Part shown: positions 1 through 14,799 of the stretch, piece after piece
Position numbering within the stretch: position 1 is the stretch's first letter
How the letters are laid out: every line of letters begins with the position of its first letter
NCBI RefSeq assembly: GCF_009914755.1
Contig: NC_060929.1
DNA from: the human T2T-CHM13v2.0 reference genome, Homo sapiens
Direction: 5' to 3' (one strand)
Length of the DNA: 64,000 nucleotides
Notes under the pieces: model-generated
Databases searched by the model: none
What the model was told of the DNA's origin: nothing
Seen by the model: only the letters and a program-made list of their open reading frames with translations
Made by a program: the position numbers and the translations under genes

Positions 1-251
1 TTGGTATTTCAGAATTGATTTTATTTGTTATCAAATTGGTTTTAATTTGTATGATACTTAATTTAGAAGATGTGAGATGATAATGGCTATGATCTATTAA
101 GCAATGGAAATTAATCTCAAACTAGTAGGCAAAAAAGTCATTGGGTTATACAATCAAATTAAGTGTGGAAAAGAAAATAACAAAAGGAGCAAAGAAGCAG
201 TTCGGCATTTCCTTATCATGAAAACTAGAATTAGGGGCTTGAGTATTATAT

Positions 252-262
252 TCTCTCTCTCT

Positions 263-305
<43 letters not shown>

Positions 306-308
306 TTC
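252..308. repeat. (CT)n microsatellite, imperfect
   Basis: Run of ctctct directly visible. Confidence 0.95.
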
Positions 309-709
309 ATTTTCTCTTTCACCCTGACTAAACCCCCTCAACCTGAATAAATTGTGTGGGTGATAATATCTCCTGAATTCAGATATAAAATCTTCAATTT
401 CAAAAAGCAACTGATAGTCTTTTCTAATTGGAGTTTTAAAAATCCTGGGAATGGACTCTGATTTACCTTGTTTAAGCCAGAAACCCAATGTTGGACCAAG
501 CATCTATGAATTCAGTAATGGGAATAACAAGGTATAAAGGTCAAATATAAGGATCTAGCTTGGCTTTGTGCCCTACTGTCTGTGATATTTTCAAATACGG
601 ACCTATATCACTTGGTCTTCATTAATACCTGACCCACAAGGTATTGTTGTTGATTTTATTTTACACTTTTATCAATACAAAGTAATAGTCGTGTACATTG
701 CAGTGACTT

Positions 710-810
710 ATTTTATTTTGACGATAGCAAATCTGAGGTGTGATGAGTTTAAGTAACATGACAAAAGTCATGCAAGTAATAAGTATTAGAACCAGGTTTC
801 AGACACACAG
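710..810 (-). mobile_element. MIR fragment
   Basis: aaatctgaggtgtgatgagtttaagtaacatgacaaaagtcatgcaag...agaaccagg resembles the reverse MIR core. Confidence 0.6.
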
Positions 811-887
811 ACTTAAACACCGTTTTTAATATAAGACAATGCATGTAGAAGAGTTATCACAGTGCTAGCACAAAACTCAACATATTA

Positions 888-940
888 GCATTATCATCAT
901 GATCATCACAACCATCATCATTATCATTGTCATCATCAAG
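888..940. repeat. (CAT)n low-complexity tract
   Basis: cattatcatcatgatcatcacaaccatcatcattatc. Confidence 0.75.
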
Positions 941-1689
941 CATCGTTGCTCATATTATAGGCATAGAGACATGGGTCCAACTCAGCAGAAAGAAGAATGG
1001 TAATTGGCAGGTGGTATTATAGATTCTTGCTATGGTCTAGAGCTACAGGTTCTGTCCAACACATCTATGTACCTTGATTTCCATGCCTATTATTTTAAAA
1101 ATTGGTCACTCTTAGCTCTTAATGCAAACATATGGTTACAAATATATGCTGCTCTTAATACATATATATGGTTAAGTTCCAGAATTACAGTAATACAAAA
1201 TTACACCATTTTTCAATGCTGAAATCTCAGGTCATGGTTATTATCATCAGGACTTTATGTGGCTATTTGTAATCCTGTAAACTGTGGAATAATTGGTAAA
1301 TTTGACCACAGCCAATATAAAACCCGGAATTAGATATCAGAAATTTAAAATGTTAAATAATGCTTAGAAAAATGTGCAATGGAAGAGTAACACTTAGTGG
1401 TCACTGGCCCAGAACATGCCCCATGTTTTGTAGCTGAGTGATGCTGTAGTGGAAAATGAACAGCCAGAGAATCTCAAGGACAGCTGTTATCTTACTTTGA
1501 TAAAATACAACAAACTCCTTAGTTGACCACACTGGTTACCCTGGTTTCTTCCCACTGGTAGAATTTGTTTTGATCATTGACCTTGCTTATAACCCTTGCC
1601 AGAGAAATCAAAGGGTATTCTCCATTTCCTGGGGTCAGTTCTAACTATGATGCCCATTTTGTGTGGAACATAGGCCTTTGAGCGGAATA

Positions 1690-1950
1690 ATCTAGTTTTA
1701 TGAGATGGGGCAATAGACTTAGGCAGGGGCTAGGATCCCATAGGAGTTTATAAACTACAGTAAGAAATTCTCATTCATTTTCAGTGCGATTGAAAGCAGT
1801 TGGAAGATTTTAACATTATATGTTTAGAAAAGATCAACTGGTGCAGACTAGAAAATAGGTTAGAGGGCAGGAAAGCGATTTGGTTAAGAGAGAGATCAGT
1901 TAGGGTCTTTTACTTCTAGTCCGGTAAGAGATGATGAAGGCATATAGAGA
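1690..1950 (-). mobile_element. L2 fragment
   Basis: Purine-rich L2-like motifs (gaaagcagttggaagattttaa, agaaaagatca, gtccggtaagagatgatg). Confidence 0.5.
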
Positions 1951-1959
1951 AGTGGTTTG

Positions 1960-2410
1960 AAGTAGACACTGAAACGCTGCTCAGATTCCCTTTGATCCTT
2001 TAATGTGGCCACACACCCACACTCCATACACTACAATTTTTCTATGCTTTTGCTTCTAATGGTCTGCCCCTGCAACTGTCTTTGAACAACTTCCCTTGGC
2101 TACTGGAACCACTTTGCCCACATGCACAGGATGCCTAACGTGCTGCAAGTTTACAGACATCTGTAATATCCCATTGCCAGTATGCAACAGGTGCCACAGT
2201 ATGAAACTCAACATATTATCTACGTTCTAGAGCTTTCCTACAGAATCGTAATGAAGCTGGGATTTTGATACCTTTGTTTGGCTTCTTTTCCATCCCTGTC
2301 CTATTACTCCACTTAATCCTGAAATTCCTTACCTGGAACAAAATTTTTAACTGATCAATTGCCCAAAAATCCTTGTCTCAGGTTTTGTTTCTGGGAAATC
2401 AGAACTAATA
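1960..2410 (+). mobile_element. Old ERVL-class solo LTR (LTR16-like)
   Basis: 3' end aaatccttgtctcaggttttgtttctgggaaatcagaactaa resembles LTR16-family termini. The left boundary is uncertain. Confidence 0.45.
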
Positions 2411-2817
2411 TGTGGATCTAATTCACATATGTAGATATTTACAAGAGTAGATAATATCATCTTATATATTGGTTATGGAGGGTGAAGAAAAAATAAAAAT
2501 AAGGTGTAACTTCTAGATTATTTATGAACTAGGTGGATGACTGAGTGATTTCTTGAGTGTCATTTATATCAGGAGAAAAGTGGATCTATTGGAAAAATAA
2601 AGAATCCATTCTTTTCTTATTCTTGGTCAAAATAAAGAAGTAATTTTTATACTTCTATCACCAACACCATTTGGGCATAATTAAAAATAGGGAGCAAAGT
2701 GGTTCTAATGATTTTATACTATGACTTGAATACATACGCACACATATACATTACATATAGATATGGATACGTATACAGATGAATATATAAATGCATATGT
2801 ACAAATGTATATATATA

Positions 2818-3047
2818 TCATCAGGCACTGGATTCTCATAAGCAGCACGCAACCTAGATCCCTTGCACGCCCAGCTCACAATAGGATTTGCATTCCAGTG
2901 GGAATTGAATGCTGCTGCTGATCTCACAAGAGGCAGAGCTCAGGTGGTAATGCTCTCCTGCCTGCTGCTCACCTCCTGCTGTGCAGCCTGGTCCCTAACA
3001 GACCAGGGACCAGTACTGGTGTGCAGACTGGGGGTTGGGGGGCCCTG
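2818..3047 (-). mobile_element. MER1B (hAT-Charlie) fragment with one terminus
   Basis: gattctcataagcagcacgcaacctagatccc...gctcacctcctgctgtgcagcc...gggggttggggggccctg is the reverse complement of the MER1B start. Confidence 0.85.
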
Positions 3048-3351
3048 CTCAAGGTGATAATATTAGGAATGGGGCTGTTGGGAGTTGATTATGTCATGGA
3101 GGTAGAGCTCTTATGAATGAGATGGTGCCCTTGTAAGAGAGGCATGAGAGGGTTCTCTTGCCTTTTGACCATGTGAAGACACAGCAGAACAATGGCCATC
3201 TATGAACCAGGAAACTGGTCCTCACCAGACACCAAATCTGCCATGCCTTGCTTGATGTTAGACTTCCCAGGCTTCAGTACAGTGAGAAATTAATTTCTGC
3301 TGTTTATAAGCCACCTAGTAAAATAATTGGTTATGGCAGCACAAACTAAGA
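3048..3351 (+). mobile_element. MLT1A-type MaLR 5' LTR (first bases missing)
   Basis: ccatgtgaagacacagc...ggccatctatgaaccaggaa...caccagacaccaaatctgcc...gacttccca...tttataagccacc...ttatggcagc...actaaga. Confidence 0.85.
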
Positions 3352-5085
<1,734 letters not shown>

Positions 5086-5530
5086 TATTATAGACTAAAT
5101 ATTTGTGGCCCATCAAAATTCATATGCTAAAATCTTAACCCCCAGACTGATAGTATTAGGAGGTGGGGCCTTTAGGAGATACCAAGGTTAGATTAGATCA
5201 TGAGAGTGGAGTCTCTAATGATGAGATTTGTCCCTTTAAAAGGACATGAAGGTACCTGAGCTTTTTTTCCTGTTTTTTTTGTTTCGTTTTGTTTTTTGTT
5301 TGTTTGTTTGTTTGTTTGTTTGTTTTGTTTTTTTTTGCTCTTGGCTATGTGAAGATACAATGAGAAAATGGTTGTCTGTAAACCAGAAAGAGTGCTGTCA
5401 TCAGACAGCAGACCTGCTGGTGCATTCATTTTGGATTCCCCAGTTTCCAGAATTTTCAGAAATAAAAATTTGTTGTTTAAGCCACACAGTCTATGGTATC
5501 TTGATATAGCAGCATGGACTGACTAGAACA
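5086..5530 (+). mobile_element. MLT1A-type MaLR 3' LTR containing an expanded (GTTT)n tract at about 5270-5337
   Basis: tattatagactaaatatttgtgg...aaaattcatatg...gtattaggaggtggggccttt...gtttaagccac...gtctatggta...gactgactagaaca. Confidence 0.85.
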
Positions 5531-5599
5531 AAGTGATATTGCTCCATATGTGCCAACTTGAAGACCTCCTATGTGTTTTAAGCACTTGCCCAATTCACG

Positions 5600-5980
5600 G
5601 ACTTCTTGCCTTTGCTCATGCTCTAACCTGCATCTATCTTATCTCGCTCATCCATAGCCATCTCCTCATTCTTTCAGTTTTTATATTATATTCTGTTTTG
5701 GGGGAAGTCTCTGAACAACCTTTTGAAAAATAGCTTACCCCGTTTTAGTCTCTATTGCTTTCTGTTATACCATCCATTCATTTCCTTCACATGATTTACC
5801 ACTACTTTTATTATCTCTTTCATTTAATGGATTATATGCTTATTGACTGTTTCCACTAGTTTAAATGTAACACATATAGTGGTTAAATAGTTTGCAAGGT
5901 ATTGTGTCTTGCATAAAAGTTATTGACATGCAGTCAGCACTTAATATGTATCTGCAAAAATTAATTGGTTAATTCATTAA
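5600..5980 (+). mobile_element. L2 3' fragment
   Basis: Pyrimidine-rich L2 tail motifs (gcctttgctcatgct, tgactgtttccactag, cagtcagcacttaatatgtatctg). Confidence 0.5.
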
Positions 5981-7483
5981 TGCCTAATATAAATAATTAC
6001 TACTTTGAGCCTCGGATCATGTATGACATTGACTTAACATTCCAGTGCATAAACAAACTGATAGAGAAATAGAAAGAGTTGAACTGGGAGAAAATAGGCC
6101 TTTTGAAAACATTCAGGGTTTTTTTCCCCTAACAAATGGGATAAAATCTGCAGTGATGTAGAGTAATTCTCATAAAAATTTGCATAACATGAGATTCTGT
6201 ATAAACTTCACAACACGATTGGTATAAATTACAGAATGTTTGCTTCAACTATGTAGTCCTTTGATGGTATATCTTCTTTATTTTTCTCATAATTCTTTAT
6301 AAATTTATTTTTCATTTAGAGAACATCAGTACAACTCTCTTGGGGCCAATTTAACACCTGTACATTCCTCTGCTTTTGGACAAAAGTGCACACCCAAAAG
6401 GATTTTCTGTTGCATTTTTATTTTAAAGATAGCAAGCTTTTTATCCCATTGGATTTATTAAAAATTCTTCATATTACTTATTCAATAGGGAAAAGCTGAT
6501 TACTAAGTTTTCTATGCCTAATTATTTGTCAGCATTAAATGCTTTGCATTTTAATCACATTTTTGTTGATAAATAAATACTATCAGATGTACTATAAAGT
6601 ACAATGTTTTAAATGTGGCTCAACTTTGATTTTGTAATCAGGGAACTCACTCAAATCTTGTTAACTTTAAAAACTGAAAATTGTTTCATTATTATTCCTT
6701 TGCTCTCTTAATTATATTCCAATTATATTTGAGAAAAATGTCTGCTATTAAATATTTGTATGTCAAAAAAGGTGAATTACTGTAATTAAATAGGATTTTC
6801 AGCATATAAAATGCACATCTAAAATTAAATTAAATTATGTGCTTTCTCCTCTCTATACCTACACATATACACTTACAGAAGTTTTAACTCAGATAAGGTA
6901 TTTTAATTATTCTAATCTTTTTCTTCAGACAAAGTTTCTCAGCTGAAATGTACAAATAACACAAGTGTTTGTGATTAATTTTAATATTATCATACTATTT
7001 TGATCAATAATGAACTTCAACATACATTAATCTATTGATCTTCAAAATGCAAAAACAAAACAAAACTGTGTGATACGGTCATATAATTTAAATATTTTTT
7101 CAAATAATATTTCTGAGGTTTGGATAGATGAAACAAATGATTTCTCATCACCCAATAATTTTGTGGTTTTGGAAAATGTCATACATATGTTGTTTGATTC
7201 CTAGATTCCTGTGATTTTCCAATACTCTGTTTTGTCTCTCATACCAGTTGGGGAGACAAGTCTTGACAGCTTAGGTAAGCAAATAACACATATATAAAGA
7301 ACACATTCTATAAATATAAGTGACACCAAAATGATGTATCTTCTAAAATCAAATAACTTTTGAGGGATATATGCTTAAATTTATTTTTTCTTATTAATTA
7401 ATAGTGGTTACATTTATTATATAACCATATATGTGTACATGTATAAATATATACATATTTAATCACTAGTTTGTTAAGCTTAA

Positions 7484-7555
7484 CATATATATCTATATCT
7501 CTATATATCTATATCTATATCTATAGATTTATATATAGATATAGATATGGATATG
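7484..7555. repeat. (TATATC)n/(GATATA)n inverted microsatellite
   Basis: Directly visible. Symmetry centre ATCTATAGAT at 7519-7528. Confidence 0.85.
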
Positions 7556-8004
7556 CTTTTTAAAACCATTTACTGATTTTTTAAGAACTCTGTGCCCAAG
7601 TGCTGGCATGTAATTTGGTATACTATCTTTATCCAAATTAGTGGTGTAAAATTAGTTTAAGGAAAACAGAATTAGCAGAAATATGAGCTGCCATCTTCAT
7701 ATAAGCAATCCTCAATGGCTATCACCATCAAATGTCCAGCTTAAAAAATTTAGTTTCATGCCTTCCCTAAGGCAAAAAATCTAGTATCAGAAGAGAAGCT
7801 CTTGAATGACCTTTTGCTAATGGTTTATCAAAATAAAAATAACATCATATATTATAAAATATGATATGTATAGAATATATGAAATGATAGAATATAAAGA
7901 CTTAGAAACAACCCATTGCCAGAATATGAGAAAATTAACTGTTGTCTGTAATGATGGTGGAGCTAGTTTAATAAATAAACAAGGATCGATTGTTTTCTGA
8001 GATG

Positions 8005-8058
8005 CATATGTGTGTGTGTATAAACATATATGTATGTGTGTGTGTGTGTGTATATATG
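8005..8058. repeat. (TG)n/(TA)n microsatellite
   Basis: Directly visible. Confidence 0.85.
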
Positions 8059-8465
8059 TCCACTTTCAATTTAAAGGATAAACGTAAGCAATTTTTCTGA
8101 CAATATTGGATTGGCCCCTTGAATGGAAATCCAGGGAATCAAAAATTGTATATGGTCTTCCATTGCAAAGATGTCCATCTTGGAGATGGCCAAGATACTA
8201 TTATATCTATTGAACTAATGCAGCTTTAGAATAAAACAACACAAAGAAAAAAACAGAAAATGGAGAGTGATATAATATTGTATATATTTTAACTTGAACA
8301 TATACCTTATGAGCAAATCATTTTAATCAGTGCCAGAGATGGAAAAGCAACAGTTAAGAGAAAGCTGTCTATGGTCCTGACATGCTGACATGTTTAAGAT
8401 TGTTGGCTAACAAGCTATTAGTGATGGAGCAAGTAGAATTTGTTATTATCACAAACAAATGGTAA

Positions 8466-8754
<289 letters not shown>

Positions 8755-8996
8755 TTGGTTAATGTTTTTAAACACTAGAAACTATAGAAAAGGTTTTAAA
8801 GTTGATATGCCAAAATATATAATATGGAGCATGAAATTGGACTATAATAAAGCCAAGGGCATTCCACACCCAGCATATAAGCATAAGTCCATGTGTTAAT
8901 ACTTGCCTTTGAGCAATAGAAACAACCAATGCCCAACAGGGCTTCTATACACAACAGATTGGGGTCTGTGAACCTATGGAAAATCAGAGGAAAAGA

Positions 8997-9502
8997 TTGC
9001 AAAAATTTTCTCCCATTCTGTAGGTTGCCTATTCACTCTGATGTTTACTGTGGCACTATTCACAATAGCAAAGACTTGGAGCCAACCCAAATGTCCATCA
9101 ATGATAGACTGGATTAAGAAAATGTGGCACATATACACATGGAATACTATGCAGCCATAAAAAATGATGAGTTCATGTCCTTTGAAGGGATATGGATGAA
9201 GCTGGAAGCCATCATTCTCAGCAAACTATCACAAGGACAAAAAAAAACAAACACCACATGTTCTCACTCATAGGTGGGAATTGAACAATGAGAACACATG
9301 GACACAGGAAGGGGAACATCACACACCGGGGTCTGTTGTGGGGTGGGGAGACGGGGGAGGGATAGCATTTGGAGATATACTTAATGTTAAATGATGAGTT
9401 ACTGGGTGCAGCACACCAACATGGGACATGTATACATATGTAACTGACCTGCACGTTGTGCACATGTACCCTAAAACTTAAAGTATAATAATAAAAAAAA
9501 AA
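8997..9502 (+). mobile_element. 5'-truncated L1PA4-like element with a short 5' inversion (twin priming)
   Basis: About 8997-9043 is antisense L1 ORF2 and 9041-9502 is sense ORF2 end plus 3' UTR plus poly(A). Exact 18-bp flanking repeat GAAAATCAGAGGAAAAGA at 8979-8996 and 9503-9520. Confidence 0.93.
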
Positions 9503-9723
9503 GAAAATCAGAGGAAAAGAAAGTTTTATAAGGGAAGGAGTAATTAAGCTGATGTAAAAGACAGAAGTATTCAATTTCACCACATCCTACCATCTGAGTG
9601 GACTTCCCTTAAGATTACACAAGATTTTATGAAGAATCAGTCAATATCATTAATATATTAAAAAGTTATTAAAAAAGGGAACAAAATAAGATATGCATCT
9701 ATGTCTTTTAAAAACGCACATGA

Positions 9724-10032
<309 letters not shown>

Positions 10033-12587
10033 AAATATACATGAGCTATCATATTCATTCTCCAAAGCTGATACAAATCATGCCATATGCAATGACTTCT
10101 CTTCATATAAGGATAGCAGTGAGTTAAGCAGATACTCTTATTCAATAGAGATAGTGGCAGAAGAAAAACAAATAATAAATTTAATGGCAAATGTTACCAA
10201 GTGTTATGAATAAAAACAAAGCAAAATAATTTCCAAACTTGCTATGTAGGTACAGTAATCATGATAGCATGGTATTGCAGAAAGAACAGACGATAGGGTC
10301 ATTAAATAGAATAGAGTCCAGAATTAGACCCACACAAATACTGTCAACTCTCATTTGACAAAGGGACAAAGGCAATTCAATGTAGAAAGAATAATCTTCT
10401 CAACAAATGGTGCTGAAAAAACTAGGCATCCATATGCAAAAAAATTGAAAATAAATATATGCAGAGAGCTTTCACTTTTCACTTGAAGTAACACAAAATG
10501 GATCCTAGATATAAATGTAAAATTACAAATTTTATTTTTTTCCAACTGTATAGGAGGCTTTTTCAGAGGACAAAAGGACTTTGTCTTCCCAGAAAACAAA
10601 TCCTATCCTTTGCTTTATGATGCAGATAAAAATATTACAAAATTTCTCGAAGAAAATGCTGAAGAATATCTTAATGACCTTGGGTTTGGCAATGAGTTTT
10701 AGAAAAAACTCAAAATGCCAAAAGTATCTTGGGTCTGACGATGAATTTTAGATACAACACTAAAAGTATGATTCATTAAAAAAATGATAACATGGATTCT
10801 GTTAAAATTGAAAACTTATTTTTTTGTGTAAAACAGTGTTAAGAGAATGGAAAGATAAGGCAGACTGGAAGAAAATATTTGTAACACATATCTGATAAGG
10901 ACTTTTATCTAAAATATAAAAAGAACATTGAAAACTCTACAATAAGAATACAAAAATATCATCAAAAGTTCTGCAAAGATATCTAACCAAAGAAGATATA
11001 CATATGAGAAATAAGCATAAAAATGGCCAAAATTTTTTGCAGTTAGTGAATTGCAAATTAAAACAAGATGCTATGACATACCTATTATATCTGAATGGTG
11101 AAAATCCAAAAATTGAGAATTTCAAATGCTGTCATAGATATGGAGCAACAGTAACTCTTTCGCTGCTGATGAGAATGCAAAATGATACTGCCACTTTGGA
11201 AAACTATTTGGAAGATTCTACACACCCATACACTCAACAAAACAAAGATACTAAACTGATGGGGTTGTTTTAAAGGGACATAAGATGACACAATCACAGT
11301 GACCGAAGTTGGAACAACTTCAGCCACAGTTAAGCTTTCTAGTAAACCACATAACATGGGAATCACACTTACATATATACTTGATTGAAAAATAATGTCC
11401 ACAGGAAAACTTACGTATTAATGTTTATAGAATCTTTATTCTTAATCTCCAAAAATTGGTGGAAAAAACCTAGATTTTTAATAGATGAATAGATAAACAG
11501 ATTGTGATAGATTCCTATAATTGAACATTACTCAGTAATTAAATGAAATTAGCTACCAAGTCACCCAAAGACAAAAGGAAATTTAAATTCAAAAATGCTA
11601 AGGGAGAGCATCTTTTCTGAAAAGGCTACATATTGAATGATTTAAGTTATATGACATTCTGCAATAGGCAAAACTTTGCATATAGTAAAAGATGAGTGGT
11701 TTCCAGTGGTTTGAAAAGACAAGAAGGATGAACAGGTGAAGCAAAGGAGACATTTTGGGCAGTGACACCATTTTGTATAATACTGCAATGGTAGATACAT
11801 GACATTATGCACTTACCAAAACCCACAGAACTTTATATAAAGGCTTATTATGAATGAACCTTAATGTATACAAATTAAAAGAAAAAAACATTTAGTAGGT
11901 AGGAGCTGGAAAGATGGCTTCAGGAAAGAATTCAGGCTGTAACAAGATAATCTAACTGTATTATAAATGTATGAAACAACCTCAGTGAAGAGAGTGGGAG
12001 GAAAACATGCTGGCGTAAGTAATTTTCCAAAGTTGAGTGCAGTTTCTAAGACTAAATGGAAAAAAATTGCACAGAGGCACTGGACTCTAGTTAATAAAGT
12101 TGTTTTCCGCAAGGGTATGTTTTGACAATTCTCTTGCTGCTATATTTGTATACTGGAACTGAACAATTAAGTAAGTAGTTGGCAGATGTTGGGATTCAGG
12201 TTTCTTATTTTTGGTGTGGGAATTTACAGATAACCAACAGGAGGTTACCATGATCCATGGGGTAATAATTAAGAGCTGAAGACACCAATGTAAAATCATT
12301 TATTTTAATATAGATATAGATGGCTACATTTTGAAATATTTATAGATATGTATATTTACACAAGTTAGTATATACACATATATATTCTTTACTCTGTCAG
12401 CTGAGATAGCCTAAAAGCAATGTCATCCAGTACTAATGAACTCATCTATAACCTAGCTCTTAGTGTCTAATACCATTTTCCATCAAAATGAATCAGGATC
12501 CTTCAAAAAATGGCTAAGATTAGAGAAGGAAATACATGATGAACTTGAAGCATCTCATAGTGTCAGAAATTAAAGCAGTGCTTAACA

Positions 12588-12601
12588 TACACACACACAC
12601 A

Positions 12602-12635
<34 letters not shown>
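12588..12635. repeat. (CA)n(CT)n compound microsatellite
   Basis: Directly visible. Confidence 0.95.
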
Positions 12636-12639
<4 letters not shown>

Positions 12640-12744
12640 AAAACGCTGCTACATTGATGGAGGTTTTCTAAAGGGAAAGGTTGGAACAATTCACAGTGAC
12701 CAAAGTTGGAAAAACTTGAGCAACAGAATAAATAAAGAAGAATT

Positions 12745-13726
12745 CCTACAGAGTGGGAGAAAATTTTTGCCAACTACTCATCTGACAAAGGGCTAATATT
12801 CAGAATCTACAAAGAACTCAGACAAACTTACAAGAAAAAAACAAACAACCCCATCAAAAAGTGGGGGAGGATATAAACAGATACTTCCCAAAAGAAGACA
12901 TTTATGCAGCCAAAAGACACATGAAAAAATGCTCATAATCACTGGCCATCAGAGAAATGCAAATCAAAACCACAATGAGATGCCATCTCACACCAGTTAG
13001 AATGGCGATCATTAAATGTCAGGAAACAACAGGTGCTGGAGAGGATATGGAGAAATAGGAACACTTTTACACTGTTGGTGGGACTGTAAACTAGTTCAAC
13101 CATTGTGGAAGACAGTGTGGTGATTCCTCAAGGATCTAGAATTAGAAATACTATTTGACCCAGCCATCCCATTACTGGGTATATACCCAAAGGAATATAA
13201 ATCATGCTGCTATAAAGACACATGCACACGTATGTTTATTGTGGCACTATTCACAATAGCAAAGACTTGGAACCAACCCAAATGTCCATCAATGATAGAC
13301 TGGATTAAGAAAATGTGGCACATATACACCATGGAATACTATGCAGCCATAAAAAATGATGAGTTCATGTCCTTTATAGGGACATGGATGAAGCTGGAAA
13401 CCATCATTCTCAGCAAACTAACGCAAGGACAAAAAACCAAACACCGCATGTTCTCACTCATAGGTGAGAATTGAACAATGAGAACACTTGGACACAGGAA
13501 GGTGAACATCACATACCAGGGCCTGTCGTGGGGTTGGGGGAGGGGGAGGGATAGCATTAGGAGATACACCTAATGTAAATGATGAGTTACTGGGTGCAGC
13601 ACACCAACATGGCACATGTACACATATATAACAAACCTGCACGTAGTGCACATGTACCCTAGAACTTAAAGTATAATAAAAAAAGATAAAAATAAAAAAT
13701 AAATAAGTAAAATAAAAAGACAAAAA
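12745..13726 (+). mobile_element. 5'-truncated L1PA5-like element (about 1 kb) nested in the L1MC
   Basis: The ORF2 C-terminus (MFIVALFTIAKTWNQPKCPS...) is in the ORF track, followed by 3' UTR with G-tract and A-rich tail. TSD aaagaagaatt 12734-12744 / aaagaagcatt 13727-13737. Confidence 0.95.
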
Positions 13727-13766
13727 AAAGAAGCATTGTGTTATAACCCAATAGCTGAAATAAATT

Positions 13767-14001
13767 CAGGTTGAATATTCTTTAAATAAAATGCTTCAGA
13801 ACAGAAATGTTTCGGTTTTGGATCTTTTCGGATTTTGAAATATTTACGTTATTCTTATGAGTTGAGCATTTCAAAGCTGAAAAACCCAAATTCAAAATGT
13901 GCCAATGGGAATTTCATTTGAGCATCAGGTTGGCACTCAAACAGTTTTGAATTGTGGAGCATTTCAGATTTCAGAGTTTTGAATTTTGGATGTTCTACCT
14001 G
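13767..14001. mobile_element. Tigger4a/MER46-type DNA transposon MITE
   Basis: Termini caggttgaata... and ...tgttctacctg followed by TA, about 235 bp. Internal gagcatcaggttggcactcaaa and gagcatttcagatttc. Confidence 0.8.
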
Positions 14002-14799
14002 TATCTGTAAGTTTATACTGATATAAATAAACAACTGAACCAATAGATAATTGGGCAAGGAGATAATTTCTCTTAAAAATGAATTCTAAATAATGTATGT
14101 GAATACTCTGCCCTCAAGGAGGAAGAGTGTAAATCCTCACTTCCTAAGTGTAGGATGCACAGAGTAATTTCCTTCCAAAAAGGACAGTGTAGAAATTGCA
14201 AGAAACAAATAACTTTCCAGTGGAGAAATCTGACAAGCTACCTCAAGTCCAATATCACAATATTAAAACAAGGGTAGTAAGTACCCTCCTTACAATATGT
14301 TGAAAATGGCACATGATCTCCATGGTCCTTCACCCCAGACCCATGAGCTCAGTGAAAACAAAACAAAACAAAACAAACAAACAAAAAACGAGGAAATTCC
14401 AACAAAGTGGCATTCTACAAAATACCTGATGGGTACTTCTTAACACTGCCAAAGTCATCAAAAATAGTAAATTTTCTCAGAAATCTGAGAAAATATCTTT
14501 GGCAACAGAAGCATAAGAAGACATCACTGCTAAATGAAATGTGGTATCCTGGATGGAATCTTAGAAGAAAAAACATAGGAGGTATAAATTAAGGAAATCT
14601 GAATAAACTATAAAGTTTAAATATAAAATATATCAATATTTCTTCATTAATTGTAAAATATGTACTATACCAATGTAACATGTTAATAATAGGCAAAACT
14701 GGTTGAAAGGTATATTGAAATATTATGTACTAGCTTCTCAGTTTTTATGTAAATCTAAAATTGTTCTAAAAAATTACGAAGAAGAAGAAGAATAAAGCA

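Larger units (their letters stand above)
10225..14775 (+). mobile_element. Old L1MC-type element (ORF2 3' end plus long 3' UTR) with nested insertions
   Basis: Degenerate ORF2 motifs (tacagtaatcatgatagcatggtattg, ttctcaacaaatggtgctg, ccactttggaaaac) then an L1MC-like UTR ending tgtaaatctaaaattgttctaaaa. Confidence 0.8.
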
